A DNA stretch of 64,000 nucleotides, from NCBI GenBank assembly GCA_951406725.2, contig OX597820.1, positions 117,924,001 through 117,988,000 on the forward strand, read 5' to 3'. Made by a program: the position numbers and the translations under genes. Source of the DNA: Octopus vulgaris (lineage: Eukaryota). This document shows, piece by piece, positions 26,800-40,253 of the stretch (position 1 is its first letter; the number at the start of each line of letters is the position of its first letter). A model generated the notes under the pieces. It did not search any database, had not been told where the DNA came from, and was given only the letters and a program-made list of their open reading frames with translations.

Positions 26800-27465
26800 T
26801 ATATATATACATGTAAACATACATACATACATATATACATACAGACATGCACACATATAAACATACATACACAACATACATACATACATACATTCATACA
26901 TACACATACATTTATACATTCATACACACATGCATACATACATACACACATACATACATACATACATACATACATACACACATGCATGCATACATACATA
27001 CATGCATACATACACACATACATACATACATACATACATACATACATACATACATACATACATACATACATACATACATACATACATACATACATACACA
27101 CATGCATACATACATACATACATACACACATGCATGCATACATACATACATGCATACATACATACATGAATACATACATACATACATACATCATACATAC
27201 ATACATGCATACATACATGCATACATACATACATGCATACATACATACATGCATGCATACATACATACATGCATGCACATACATACATGCATACATACAT
27301 ACATACATACATGCATACAAACATACATACATACATACATGCATACATACATACATACATACATACATGCATACATACATACATGCATGCATACATACAT
27401 ACATACATACATACATGCATACATACATGCATACAAACATACATACATACATACATACATACATA
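26800..27465. repeat. (CATA)n/(CATG) degenerate microsatellite
   Basis: Direct reading. Confidence 0.95.
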
Positions 27466-27924
27466 GCTTGATCTCCCTTTCTCAGCAGCCGATGTGAAAA
27501 CAATGGCCGTGCCAAAGAATAATGACCACGTGATAAGAGAATACTCACGGGCCGGAAATCATGGCGCGAAGCACGATGGTTTGGAGAGAAAATGTGGGCG
27601 GAAGGTGGCGAAGGTGGGAGCATAACATGGGTGAGTGGGGTGGGGACAAGGTAAGAGGGTGGTGGTGGTGGTTAAAAGAGAAAAATGGCACACGGAGAAG
27701 ATAACATTTGCAGACATTGCTCCATCGGGTCGAATTGCCTACACACACACACACACACACACATACACACGCACATACACACACATCCACGCATACACTA
27801 ACATACACGCACACACGCACCAACTGAAATACAAACACACAAACAAATATTTTATGATGATGAAGAACGTCGCCAACGTTGCAGGTAAAGGAATACAGAG
27901 TTGTTAAAATGGCGCAACGTTTCG

Positions 27925-27976
<52 letters not shown>

Positions 27977-28068
27977 TGATGATGACGATGATGATGATGA
28001 TGACGACGATGATGATGATGATCATGACGATGATGATGATGATGATGATGATGATAATAATAATAATA

Positions 28069-28149
<81 letters not shown>

Positions 28150-28152
<3 letters not shown>

Positions 28153-28710
28153 GCCCTGATGCAGTACCAGGCAGTGGCTCTCATGGCTTCTGATCTTAAC
28201 TGATTGGAAGTGTTATCATGTACATTGTTTTGTCTTGATATAAAAGATGAGCTACAGCAAATATTCTGCTCAATACCACAGAATTGCTTGTCAGCTGTTT
28301 GACCTTAACCAGTTGAGCAAGTCCCTTAGTGGCTGACGATATGTGCATCTCTGATCACGAGCAGAAGTAGTAGGGGAGCATCATAGCCGTGTGTTGAGAG
28401 GGATTATTTGGGATTTAGATAATTCACCTTTGGAAATATGGGTGCTTCGTTCAACATCCTTAAACAACCCTTATTCGGGGACCTTTTGAGCGGGATGGGT
28501 TACTCGACCAGAAGAAAATTCTAACTGGGCCCCCACCTGTAAGGTCATGTGCTGTTTATCTTGATATGAGATCACCATGTCACGCACATATGGTTGTGAT
28601 GCATGTGCTTGGTGTACCCTTATCAGACGGGTAGTCATGATGGGTATACTGGACTTCTTATATTTGTACCCCAGTGTCCCTTTGATGGCAGGCACTGCTC
28701 ACTCACTCAA
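28150..28710 (+). mobile_element. Non-coding interspersed repeat flanked by (AAT)n on both sides (probable retrotransposon 3' UTR)
   Basis: Collinear with 54820-55362. Confidence 0.75.
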
Positions 28711-28722
28711 TAATAATAATGA

Positions 28723-28778
<56 letters not shown>

Positions 28779-29094
28779 ATAATAATAATAATAATATAAT
28801 AATAATAATAGTATCTTTATGTGCCACGAATGCTCATACTTACAATACCAAAGATGTCATACAAAAACAAGGCTTATAAAAATATGTCATGCAGCACGAG
28901 CAACACACACACACACACATACACACACACACATACACACATACACACACATACACATACACACATACACATATACACATACACACACACACACAGACAC
29001 ACACATGTACACACGTATCTATCAAGGGTGGGTAAAGTTCGCGAGATTCATGGGCAAGTTCTCCCCGGCGGTCTTTGTCCCACATCATCACTGC

Positions 29095-29153
<59 letters not shown>

Positions 29154-29499
29154 GCACACACATTTATAATATAATATAATATAAATATTTTTTTCACATT
29201 TTTTTCACTCTCTGTTTTTTTTTTACCCCTGAAGCCTTTCTGTTGAAGAGCGCAGGCTACGAAGCCGAAGTCAATGTCGTTGCTAATCTTTGCGTTGCAC
29301 TGACTCAATTACTGTGGTACACTGACTCAGTTACTGCGGTACAACCCATGGTTGCGTCTCGAAAACCATTCAAACACTACAAAGCGCCCTGCGTAGCCCA
29401 GGGCTCCTTCAATTCGTCCTTAAAGAGCATACAAAATTTTCCTTCTCTTCATCGAACAGACGTGCATCAAGTTTCTCCTTGTCTTCTTTTAGACAAATT

Positions 29500-29930
29500 C
29501 TTTTCTACTCTAGGCACAAGGCTCGAAATTTTTGGGGAGGGGGCTAGTCGATTAGATCGACCTCAACACGTTACTGGTACTTAATTTATCGACCCCGAAA
29601 GGATTTAAGACAGAGTCGACCTCGGCGGAATTTGAAACCAGAACGTAAAGACAGGTGAAATATCACTAAGCATTTCACTCGGTGTGCTAACATTTCTTAT
29701 TTCTTTATTGCCCACAGGGGGCTAAACATAGAAGGGATGAACAAGGACAGAAAAAGGGATTAAGTCGATTAACATCGACCCCCAGTGCGTAACTGGTACT
29801 TATTTAATCGACCCCGAAAGGATGAAAGGTAAAGTCGACCTCGGTGGAATTTGAGCTCAGAACGTAGCGGCAGACGAAATACGGCTACGCATTTCGCCCG
29901 GCATGCTAACGATTCTGTCAGCTCACCGCC
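29500..29930 (-). mobile_element. SINE family B, two units
   Basis: atcgaccccgaaaggat...gtcgacctcgg occurs twice; head ...cagctcaccgcc. Confidence 0.85.
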
Positions 29931-30518
29931 TTTCCTTTTAGGCAAAGTCTTTATATAATTAAATACTGTTATTTGAGACAATTGCTACCAAATTAGTTTT
30001 CCTCACTAAAAACCTTGTCTAGATCTCTCTTTTTAAAAAAAAAAAAAAATTCCTTTTTAAAATCTTCATTTGAAAAGTTGTGTGTGAAAAGCCATGTATT
30101 GTTGTTTTTGTTGTAGATGTTGTTGTTGTTGCCGTTGTTGTGGTTCTTATTGTTAAGCGAGTCGTTAAATTGCTTTCTTATTAAAACCCACAGAGACATC
30201 ATTATTTCTTACTCAAATTGTGCGCTCTGTTTTGCAATATTTTTGCGCAGTGTCTTCTCATTCCGTTTCTCTGTAATTGTCAACGCATTTTTTTGGGGAA
30301 GGCTAATTCCTCAGCAGCAGTCTATGTTGAGCATTCCTTTGAAACAACTGTAATGCCTTGACACAGAAAAAGTCATCAAAAGTAATATTTTGAAAGGACG
30401 ACAGGATAGCAGGAAAGCAAACGAAGACAAACTGCAGAAAGTAGTCTTACCTCTTAAACGTGTTATACGGCATTTCAACTCTACCAAAACCTTAACATCT
30501 GTGAATTTCTCAAATAAT

Positions 30519-30724
30519 ACTCTTTTCTCTTTTACTCTTTTACTTGTTTCAGTCATTTGACTGCGGCCATGCTGGAGCACCGCCTTTAGTCCAGCAAATC
30601 GACCCCGGGACATATTCTTTGTAAGCCCAGTACTTATTCTATCGGTCTCTTTTGCCGAACCGCTAAGTGACGGGGACGTAAACACACCAGCATCGGTTGT
30701 CAAGCAATGCTAGGGGGACAAACA

Positions 30725-30800
<76 letters not shown>

Positions 30801-30960
30801 CGACAGGCTTCTTTCAGTTTCCGTCTACCAAATCCACTCACAAGGCATTGGTCGGCCCGGGGCTATAGCAGAAGACACTTGCCCAAGATGCCACGCAGTT
30901 GGACTGAACCCGGAACCATGTGGTTGGTTAGCAAGCTACTTACCACACAGCCACTCCAGC
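30519..30960 (-). mobile_element. SINE family A, full length
   Basis: Same consensus. Confidence 0.9.
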
Positions 30961-32029
30961 GCTAATACGACAACACTTGTTAATTGACACCGAAAACAAA
31001 GATTGGTTTTGTTTGGGGACATCATCCCTCATTGAAATTATTAACAATCGATCAGTTTTACTCAAACCCTCATCCTTATTTCACCCTAACCCTCACATAA
31101 ATGATCGATTTTTCATTTGAAATAACTTGAAATCAAAATTCGATTATTTTTTTCCTCTAACTTCTCACTTTCTTTCACCTCCACTTAAAGAAGCAGTCAC
31201 GCATATATTCCACACCATTCCACTATTCCAATCATCTAACCACACATACATACAAGTAAAGTCGCCCTCTCAAAAGCCAGACAATATCTACCTACTTTGA
31301 TCTATTCCTTGATTTTTGCACATGGCAGATATGTTGTCCAACTTCCATCTCCACTCATCAGTCTCACCTACGAGAAACCACAATCTCACTACTCATGTTT
31401 AACATCCGTTGCAATCACTAGAATCAACATGATTAGTTGACGCTGGTTTAAACATTAATTTAGAGAAATGTTTTTACTGATGTGTCTGTAGAAAGTAATG
31501 TTATAAATGTCTGGGTAACCATTATTTTTCCAGACTTATTAAAGGAAGCGTTAAAAAACATGTTAGATAACAATATCACAGTCAATTAAAATTAAATTTT
31601 CTGTTTAAATTGTGTAGTTGAAATTTTCAATAATAAAAAGATCCGGAAAACATTTTCATCAGAAAAATATATTAAAATTGGAATTTTCACGAATTTTCTA
31701 AACATTGTACACTTTAATGATTGTTTTTCCTTAGTAAAAGTTACGTGCTCACTACTAATTAACAAGCAACTTGCTTCATCATAGCATATCTGGAATTAAC
31801 AATATATCTCTTTTTACCTTTTTTTTAAAAAAAAAATCTTTCTTTCCTATCTTGATAAAACATTGATAACTTTCTCTCGTCCATATGGTTTAATATCCTG
31901 GCTGTCATATTGCTCTATTATGTAGAATAACTGTGATATACGAAATTTTAGATAGTTAATGTATGGAGTTTTTCTGGCCTTTACTATGCATGATAAGAGC
32001 TGACCTAAAATTAAACATGATCAACAACG

Positions 32030-32100
<71 letters not shown>

Positions 32101-32135
32101 TAATAATAATAATGATAATAATAATAATAATAAGG

Positions 32136-32167
<32 letters not shown>

Positions 32168-32318
32168 AATAATTGTTTGTGAAAGCATAAGCTCAGTTTT
32201 TCGTGGGAGAAAATATGCAACTGACTGAATCAAGATGAAGTAACGTAACTTGCACTGATTCGAGACAACGAGGTAAACTAAATGACCATTCAGACTGTCA
32301 GGAATCAGATTATCCTCA

Positions 32319-33473
32319 AATCGCTTAATGCAGTTGTGAAGACTTCGTCTGTAGAAGTCGGTAGGTTGCGTTTGGAGCCAAGACTTCATCTCTGAAATAA
32401 GTCCATCATCATCTGAAAAGTGCTTCCCTTTCAAAAAATACCTCATGGTTTGAAAGAGGTGAAAGTCAGATGATGCGAGGTCAGGAGAGTAAGGAAGATG
32501 AGGAAGGCTTTCATAGCCACAGGAGTGTGCTTTCATCTGAACAACATGCACATTATGAACTGGGATATTGTCTCCTTTGGTCAGCATGCTACAACTCTCT
32601 GCTTTGATGGTGGTGTCCCGCAATTTCTGCATCAGAGAAGCTTAATATTCCCCGTTAATTGAGGAGTCCTTTGCCAGAAAATCCATCCTCACTATTCTGT
32701 GCTGGCCGCAAAAGACTGTGAGCATCATCTTGCTTGCTGAGGGTTGGACAGAAGCCTTCTTTGGAGGTGGCAAGTTATCATGCTTCCATTGCTTCTACAG
32801 GACTTTGGTCTCAGGATCATAGTGATGGACCCATGTTTCATCCTGTGTAATAAGTCTACCTAAAAAGTCCTCCTCGTTTTCTTGGCACATTGTCAAAAGA
32901 GCCTGGGAGCAATTGACTCATTCCTGCTTCTGTGAGCATCCGTGGAATCCATCGGGAAGACAACATCCACATATGCAAATGGTCGTGAATGATTTTTTTC
33001 AACGGATCCTACACTTATCTTACTCTTTGGGCTAGTTGCCGAATAGTTATGTGGCAATCCTCCAAAATAGTGGCTTCCACTTTATGGATGGTGCCATCAT
33101 CAACGGTGGAATGTGGTTGTCCAGGAATAGGAGCAGTTTCAACCAATGTCCGACCACATTTGAACTGGCGATGTCAGTGCTTGACTACGTCTTATGATGG
33201 TGCATCGTTACCATAAACTTCTTTCATCTCATTGAAAGTCTCTTATGGTGCACAACCTTTCAAGTATAAGAACCTGATCACTGATCTGCATACAACTGCC
33301 TCAATTATAACACTTTAGTCCACTTCAACAGCCATGACATACAAGCGAATACTAGTGGGAAGCTGCAATTTATAATGTGACATGTAGAGACATTAATGTT
33401 TAAACCTGTGCAAGTTCCATTTCCTGCAATCACTGGAAGTGGGTGAGGGGAAATCTTTAATGAACACCCCTTG
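32319..33473 (-). mobile_element. Degenerate mariner (DD34D) transposon with 5' TIR; 3' end lost
   Basis: N-terminus CRSVIRFLYLKG...EMKEVYG..AP, then ITQDETWVHHYDPETK (first catalytic D) and HLPYSPDLASSDFHLF. TIR caaggggtgttcattaaaga lies next to TA at 33474-33475. Multiple stops. Confidence 0.9.
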
Positions 33474-33524
33474 TATGCAGAAGAATGTAGTTCTGAGTGT
33501 AGACAAGATGGTCGTGGCTTCAAC

Positions 33525-33770
33525 TCATCTTTTATAAACATAGTCAGAGGAGACTATGCAGTTGTGAAGACTTCGTCTGTAGAAGTCGGTAGGTTGCGTT
33601 TGGAGCCAAGACTTCATCTCTGAAATAAGTCCATCATCATCTGCAAAGTACTTCCCTTTCAAAAAATACCTCATGGTTGGAAAGAGGTGAAAGTCAGATG
33701 ATGCGAGGTCAGGAGAGTAAGGAAGATGAGGAAGGCTTTCATAGCCACAGGAGTGTGCTTTCATCTGAAC
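33525..33770 (-). mobile_element. Duplicated C-terminal segment of the same mariner transposase
   Basis: 33556-33770 is near-identical to 32328-32542; ends ...VSSDYVYKR*. Confidence 0.9.
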
Positions 33771-34429
33771 GGTAACTGGGGCCCCGGTTACTGGTGCCAG
33801 GGAAGGGAGACGGTATCCTCAGGCCTGGACCCTATCCTTGCAACAGAGTGGACCCTGCTAAAGGCACCCAAGAGTTAAGTGATGGTAACAAGGGAACGAC
33901 CAATTAAGTCTACTACCAAGAATTTTGCAATGGAATTATCCTCATTATCACTGGCAGATTTATGTCGTTCATCTTTTATCTTTTACTTGCTCCCAGGCTC
34001 TTTAGACTGCTGCCATGCTGTGTATGTAACCCACCACTGCTTGACAACCGGTGTTGGTGTATTTACGTCCCTGAAACTTAGCGGTTCGGCAAAGGATACC
34101 AACAGAATAAGTACCAGGCTTAAAAAATAAGTACTGTAGTTGATTCATTCGACTAAAATTCTTAAAGGCGATTAGAATATATCCACACACACATTATATG
34201 CAGTATAAGTATTATTGGAATAAAATAGCCATCTGTGCATCATATCTAATGTAAATGCATCATGGTTTTCGCCGATAAGAGATATCTCCGGACGAATACC
34301 GCCATAAATTTACTTTTGCGATGAATGTACATTAAGTTGGATATACAGATGACACTCTGTTTGTTTGCTGCTTCTGTGTATTTGTGCGCATGCGCATGTT
34401 TGTGTGTGTGTGTTTATATTCTTTTATTC

Positions 34430-34830
34430 GTTTATTCTTTTATTTGTTTCAGTTATTTGACTGCGGCCATGCTGGGGCACCTCCTTGAAAGGTTTACTCG
34501 AACAGATCACTCCTAGACCTTATGTTTTAAAGCCTGGCACTTATTCTATCGGTCTTTTATGCCAAACTGCTAAGTTTCGAGGACGTAAACACACCAACAC
34601 TGGTTCTCAAGCGGTGATGGGAGACAAACACACAGACGCGCACACACACACATGCATACACATACACACACACCTACACACACCTACACACACATATGAC
34701 AGGCTTCTTTCAGTTTCCGCCTACCAAATCCATACACAAGGCTATAGTAGAGAGTATTTGCCCTAAGTGCTTTGCAGTAGAACTGAACCAGCAACCTTGT
34801 GGGCAGCAAACTTACGACACAGCCACGTGA
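34430..34830 (-). mobile_element. Diverged SINE family A
   Basis: tttgactgcggccatgctggggcac...gacaggcttctttcagtttccg. Confidence 0.75.
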
Positions 34831-35646
34831 CGCCATGTTAGCCAATCGCATTTTCTCACTGTCCAATTTCGACTTTATTTTTGTACATTTTTACATTTTA
34901 TAAGTACTTTCATCTCTTGTAAACACTCTTCAGGGACATGTATACCTGCAGATAATTATAAAACATGAAAATACCTGTAAAATGGTGTTTCGTTTTGCAG
35001 CCATAGTTTATAGCCACGTATACTAAAGGTTTACAAGTGAGTATTGTGTTTTATCTCGTGTTAGCAGTGCGGTTTATCTCTATATATTTCCTAGAAATCA
35101 GAGCCAGCATTGCAAGTGATGACGTTTCTGTGTGTGTGTATATATGTATATATATATAAATATGAAATTTAGAAAGAGAGAAAACAAATTCAAAGGTCGA
35201 TGTATATACTCGTTCTATCCATATTAACGAAATTCTCCATTGTATACAATATACATACATAGATACATTCATCTATATGATATATAAAAAAATGTCTAAG
35301 AATGTATAAATACATACATAACCACGAAAATGAATAAATAATTAAAAATTCATAGACATATAAAAATTTATAAACACAAAAATTCATTGCCTTGGCAAAC
35401 ATATTCTGTCTGTTTTGCTAGAAAGAGGTAGAAACTGATCAGTCCGGGATATATCGTTGATGGCAAATGTTTTTGATTTTCACTCTCGATGAATTTATCC
35501 CTTTTTGTGTCTCTAGCACTAGGCTTCCTTATTTGGGAGCCCTTTATTATATTTCTATATGAATAATATTTTGTCTAATGACTAATTCGTCTTTTGTGCT
35601 AGGCCACTGGTAATAATAATCTATGTTATTACCCTTTTTGATTATG

Positions 35647-35706
<60 letters not shown>

Positions 35707-35810
35707 GTAAATCCACCCAAAACAACGAAAAATAAACACAAAAAAGCAACAACACGAGGACGTGGTACATGTAAAGTATTAGCAGACGCTCAGGGAAGGA
35801 AAGAGAGGTG

Positions 35811-35844
35811 GTTTTACATTTCGAGCAAAGCTCTTCTTCAGAAC
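35811..35844 (-). ncRNA. Minimal hammerhead-like motif
   Basis: Minus strand: GUU-CUGAAGA-A-GAGC(UUU)GCUC-GAA-AUGU-A-AAAC; core and stem II intact, stem I weak. Confidence 0.5.
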
Positions 35845-36031
35845 AAGAGGCAGAGGAAGAGAAAAGGAAGACGGAGGAAAAAAATCGCCAACGATTCACA
35901 TGTGGTAGCATATATATATATATCAGTAATAACAAAGGGTAAAATTAATTAATTAAGAAGTAATCAATAATTTCACCAAGTAGAATTCGGCATGAAAATA
36001 GGACCATTTCATGGTAAACTTAAGTAATACT

Positions 36032-36093
36032 AAATAATTAGGGTTCAGCAAAGATTTGGTATGTGGTAAAGCAAATCTTTGCTGAACCCTAAT

Positions 36094-36098
<5 letters not shown>
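36032..36098. repeat. Perfect 27-bp inverted repeat with 13-nt loop
   Basis: aaataattagggttcagcaaagatttg / caaatctttgctgaaccctaattattt. Confidence 0.95.
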
Positions 36099-36148
<50 letters not shown>

Positions 36149-36219
36149 TTAGGGAATAAATCCAAATTTACAGGGAAAAAATCAGATTTAGGTTTAAATC
36201 CAATTTTATAGTAAAATAT

Positions 36220-36489
36220 TATATAATATTAATTCGAGACAAAACCACTATTTTGCAAAACAAACAAGGAAAGACTTAATCAATACATAAAAATTTTTAA
36301 TATAAAGAAATAAACCGCCACTACAATCGTTTCATGTCTTCAATGACATTCGTCAGGTGGATTTTCGATCTCCTAATCTGTTTTAATTTATGAAGTTTGT
36401 AGTGGCGGTTTATTTCTTTATATTAAAATTTTTATGTATTGATTAAGTCTTTCCTTGTTTGTTTTGCAAAATAGTGGTTTTGTCTCGAA

Positions 36490-36503
<14 letters not shown>
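36220..36503. repeat. Foldback palindrome (arms ~36220-36326 / 36397-36503) embedded in (TA)n
   Basis: ~105-bp near-perfect complementary arms. Confidence 0.9.
36318..36360 (-). ncRNA. Minimal hammerhead ribozyme-like motif, intact core
   Basis: Minus strand: CCAC-CUGACGA-AUGUC(AUUGAA)GACAU-GAA-AC(GAUU)GU-A-GUGG. Confidence 0.8.
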
Positions 36504-36567
<64 letters not shown>

Positions 36568-36775
36568 GGGGGTTCACAAGTGATCTAAACGATTAAGTAC
36601 TCTAGGTAACGGATTACTGGGGTTACAAGGTTACAGTCGAGACGGTAGATGTGGAACCATTGCAGATTTCCGATATAGCGGATATATAATTCTCTTTCTT
36701 CATCTCCTTATTCCATTACTACTGCACCCGATGTCGTCATTCCATTAATCTATGCCCTTCTCATTTTCTCTATTT

Positions 36776-36831
36776 GTCTCCGATGACGGAATACCCCGTA
36801 CTCCGGGATATCCCAGAAACAGCTGTAAGAC
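36776..36831 (+). ncRNA. Hammerhead-like motif with CCGAUGA core variant
   Basis: GUCU-CCGAUGA-C-GGAAUACCCCGUACUCCGGGAUAUCCC-A-GAA-ACAGCUGU-A-AGAC; palindromic stem III. Confidence 0.6.
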
Positions 36832-36973
36832 TTTGAATTGCTTCTAATAATAATAATGATGTATATGACTTGAGATGTTTGCCTTGCCTTAACGTTTTTT
36901 GTCTTCTTTAACAATTATTTATGTGTGTGTGTGTGTATTCATACATATGTATTGTGTGTGTACGTGTGTATAT

Positions 36974-37348
36974 GGAAGCACTCCGTCGGTTACGACGATG
37001 AGGGTTCCGGTTGATCCGATCAACGGAACAGCCTGCTCGTGAAATTAACGTGTAAGTGGCTGAGCACTCCACAGACACGTGTACCCTTAACGTAGTTCTC
37101 GGGGATATTCAGCGTGACACAGAGAGTGACAAGCCTTGAAATACAGGTACAACAGAAACAGGAAGTAAGAGTGAGAGAAAGTTGTGGTGAAAGAGTACAG
37201 CAGGGATCACCACCATCCCCTGCCGGAGCCTCGTGGAGCTTTAGGTGTTTTCGCTCAATAAACACTCACAACGCCCGGTCTGGGAATCGAAACCGCGATC
37301 CCACGACCGCGAGTCCGATGCCCTAACCACTGGGCCATTGCGCCTCCA
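36974..37348 (-). mobile_element. SINE family C, full length with tRNA-derived head
   Basis: Minus-strand head tggaggcgcaatggcccagtggttagg...gcggtttcgattcccagacc (A and B boxes). Confidence 0.9.
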
Positions 37349-38110
37349 CACATGTGTATATATGTATGTATATATAAAATGTATTCTATTTTAATTTAGC
37401 GTTTCGCCTTGAGGGAAATTCCTTTCTTTCTCCTCCCCAGGTAAAATTTCTCTTCTAATATTTGAAATTTCTCTGCTAGTAGCCAAGTATCCCCCCCCCC
37501 CGTTTGATAATCTTTGTTGTAGAATGAGAAAATGGGCCAGTTTTAAAAATGTTATTCCTTTCCAAGCAAAAGAAAGATAGCGAAAAAACAGAAAAAGCAA
37601 ACAGCATTCGATAATTGAACCTGTATCGATCAATAGGTGTGCAGGGAGCCTCGTTCCGCTTTATTACACTTATATACAGATTAAAATGATTTAATATTAA
37701 ATTTCAAAATATGTTTTCTAGCTTTAGTTTTCAAACAAACACAATTACATACAAGCATTCCTCTACACAGGCACATACACACATGCTCATATACATACAT
37801 ACACATACACATACATATATGCTCATATACATACATACACATACACACACATACACAAGTACATCTTAGAGAGAGGGAAAGAGAGAGAGAGAGAGAGAAA
37901 GAGAGAGAAAGAGAGGGAGAGATGACTGAGGTGGATAGGTATAAAGATATATGTATATATATATATATATATATGTACATACAATATACATATATACATA
38001 TATATATATAAATATATATATATAAATACTCACACACACATATATACATGCATACATACACACACACACATATATATATATATATACACACACAAAGAGA
38101 GGGAGCTTCA

Positions 38111-38166
<56 letters not shown>

Positions 38167-38201
38167 AAGCAAGAGTAACACAGTAAGAGAGTGAGTGAGA
38201 G

Positions 38202-38239
<38 letters not shown>

Positions 38240-38343
38240 GTTCTGTAAGTAGCAACATAAGAAGACTTAGACATAGGCCTTTGAAAACATTACAAAGCTG
38301 TCTCTGTATTTGTCGTATCCAAAGGTAACAGAGATAGATAGAT

Positions 38344-38394
<51 letters not shown>

Positions 38395-38927
38395 GGGAGA
38401 AGGAACAAAACAAAACAATTGTTTTTCAGTTTGAATGCTTAAGATAATTCCATATAATCTGATTGGAAGAGCGTTCCAAATATTTCACAAATAAACACAC
38501 GTAAACAAATACAGACAAACACACACACACACACAAACATACACACACAAACACACACACACAAATACAGAGACACACACATACACAAATAATAAAATGA
38601 AAATACTTATGATCGTTTAGAGTTATATATAATATAAGCGCAAATATACAAATTAAGAGAAACAAAAATGTCTTTGGAAAATAAACACGACTTCCCCCTG
38701 CTTGTCCGTCTGTCTGTCTGTCTGTCTATTTATCAATTTATCTATCTATTTGCCTGCCTACGTACCTGCCTGCCTGCCTACCTACCTACCTACCTACCTA
38801 CCTACCTACCTACCTACTTACCTACCTACCTACCTACCTACATACCTACCTACCTACCTTCCTACCATTCTATCTATCTATCTGTCTATCTATCATACAT
38901 ATAGTTTTGCAGACACAAACACACATG

Positions 38928-38958
<31 letters not shown>

Positions 38959-39516
38959 AAACACACATACACACACACACATACTCACACACAAGCAAAC
39001 AAACACATACACACACATATATCTATATATATATATATATATATATGGTAGAGAGTTTATCTGTACGCGAGTATATATGCGTGCATTTCTGTATACCTAC
39101 ATGCATGTGTACAAACGTACATATGTACATACATTCATAGATACATACATACATAGATATTTACTTAGGTATATATACACACACATATAATGAAATTAAG
39201 CCAAGTAATGATATTTTTAATACATTCAATATAACTTGTTTTAACTTAATTTTATACATTATTCGAGTTTGTATGTCCCATACAAACTCGCTCACCCCGA
39301 CTCCATTCGCACGGATGCAATAACAAGAATTCGGAGTGGTTTGTTCTGCTCGAATCGTGTCGAAAATTCTGGTAATGTGCATCGCTTCTAAGCATAACAT
39401 GAATCCCCTCCCCCCCACCCGCACACACGATTAACGATGATCCGTAAAGGATCGATGCATATCAAAGTGAATCCCGTCGCAGTTATTGGGAAGAGAGAAT
39501 AAAGGAAATGAGACAA

Positions 39517-39912
39517 GCGCAGGAGTGGCTGTGTGGTAAGTAGCTTGCTTACCAACCACGTGTTTCCGGGTTCAGTCCCACTGCGTGGCACCTTGGGCAA
39601 GTGTCTTCTGCTATAGCTTCGGGCCGACTAAAGCTTTGTGAGTGGATTTGGTAGACGGAAACTGAAAGAAGCCCGTCGTATATATATGTATGTGTGTTTG
39701 TGTGTCTGTACTTGTCCCTCCAACATCGCTTGACAACCCATGCTGGTGTTTACATCCCCGTAACTTAGCGGTTCGGCGAAATAGACCGATAGAATAAGTA
39801 CTGGGCTTACAAAGAATAAGTCATGGGGTCGATTTGCTCGACTAAAGGCGGTGCTCCAGCATGGCCGCAGTCAAATGACTAAAACAGGCAAAAGAATAAA
39901 AGAAAAGAATAA
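39517..39912 (+). mobile_element. SINE family A, full length
   Basis: Same consensus. Confidence 0.9.
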
Positions 39913-40077
39913 AATTTAAGCAAACCAATATCAGAACTTTGAATGCATAGATGAAGGGAAATTCAACGCTACTTGGTAATCCACAATTCCAATAGTATCC
40001 AAAAATATCCTAAGACGAGTGGAACCTTAAGTATGACATAAAAACATAATAAAAACTAATGAATATATTATCCGGTG

Positions 40078-40199
40078 CTTCTACAGCTGTTTCACTAAGA
40101 GTGTTCATTGTGATGTAAACATGTTGCGGTCAGGTATGCTGTATGCAAAACATTAGTTCGATTATGTAATATATTATGTAACTTTCAACTCATCAGGAT
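40078..40199 (-). ncRNA. Degenerate hammerhead-like motif with long stem II insertion
   Basis: Minus strand: UC-CUGAUGA-GUUGAAAG[long insert]CUCUUAGU-GAA-ACAGCUGU-A-GA; stems I and II poor. Confidence 0.4.
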
Positions 40200-40253
40200 T
40201 ACTAAATAAATAAGCGAGCGATGACATGTTGATTAATCAACAAATCATCAACA

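Noticed and set aside
34900-34936. Minus-strand CTGAAGA...GAAAGTACTT (also 18750-18776)
   Set aside because: Stems I and II are absent; consistent with chance
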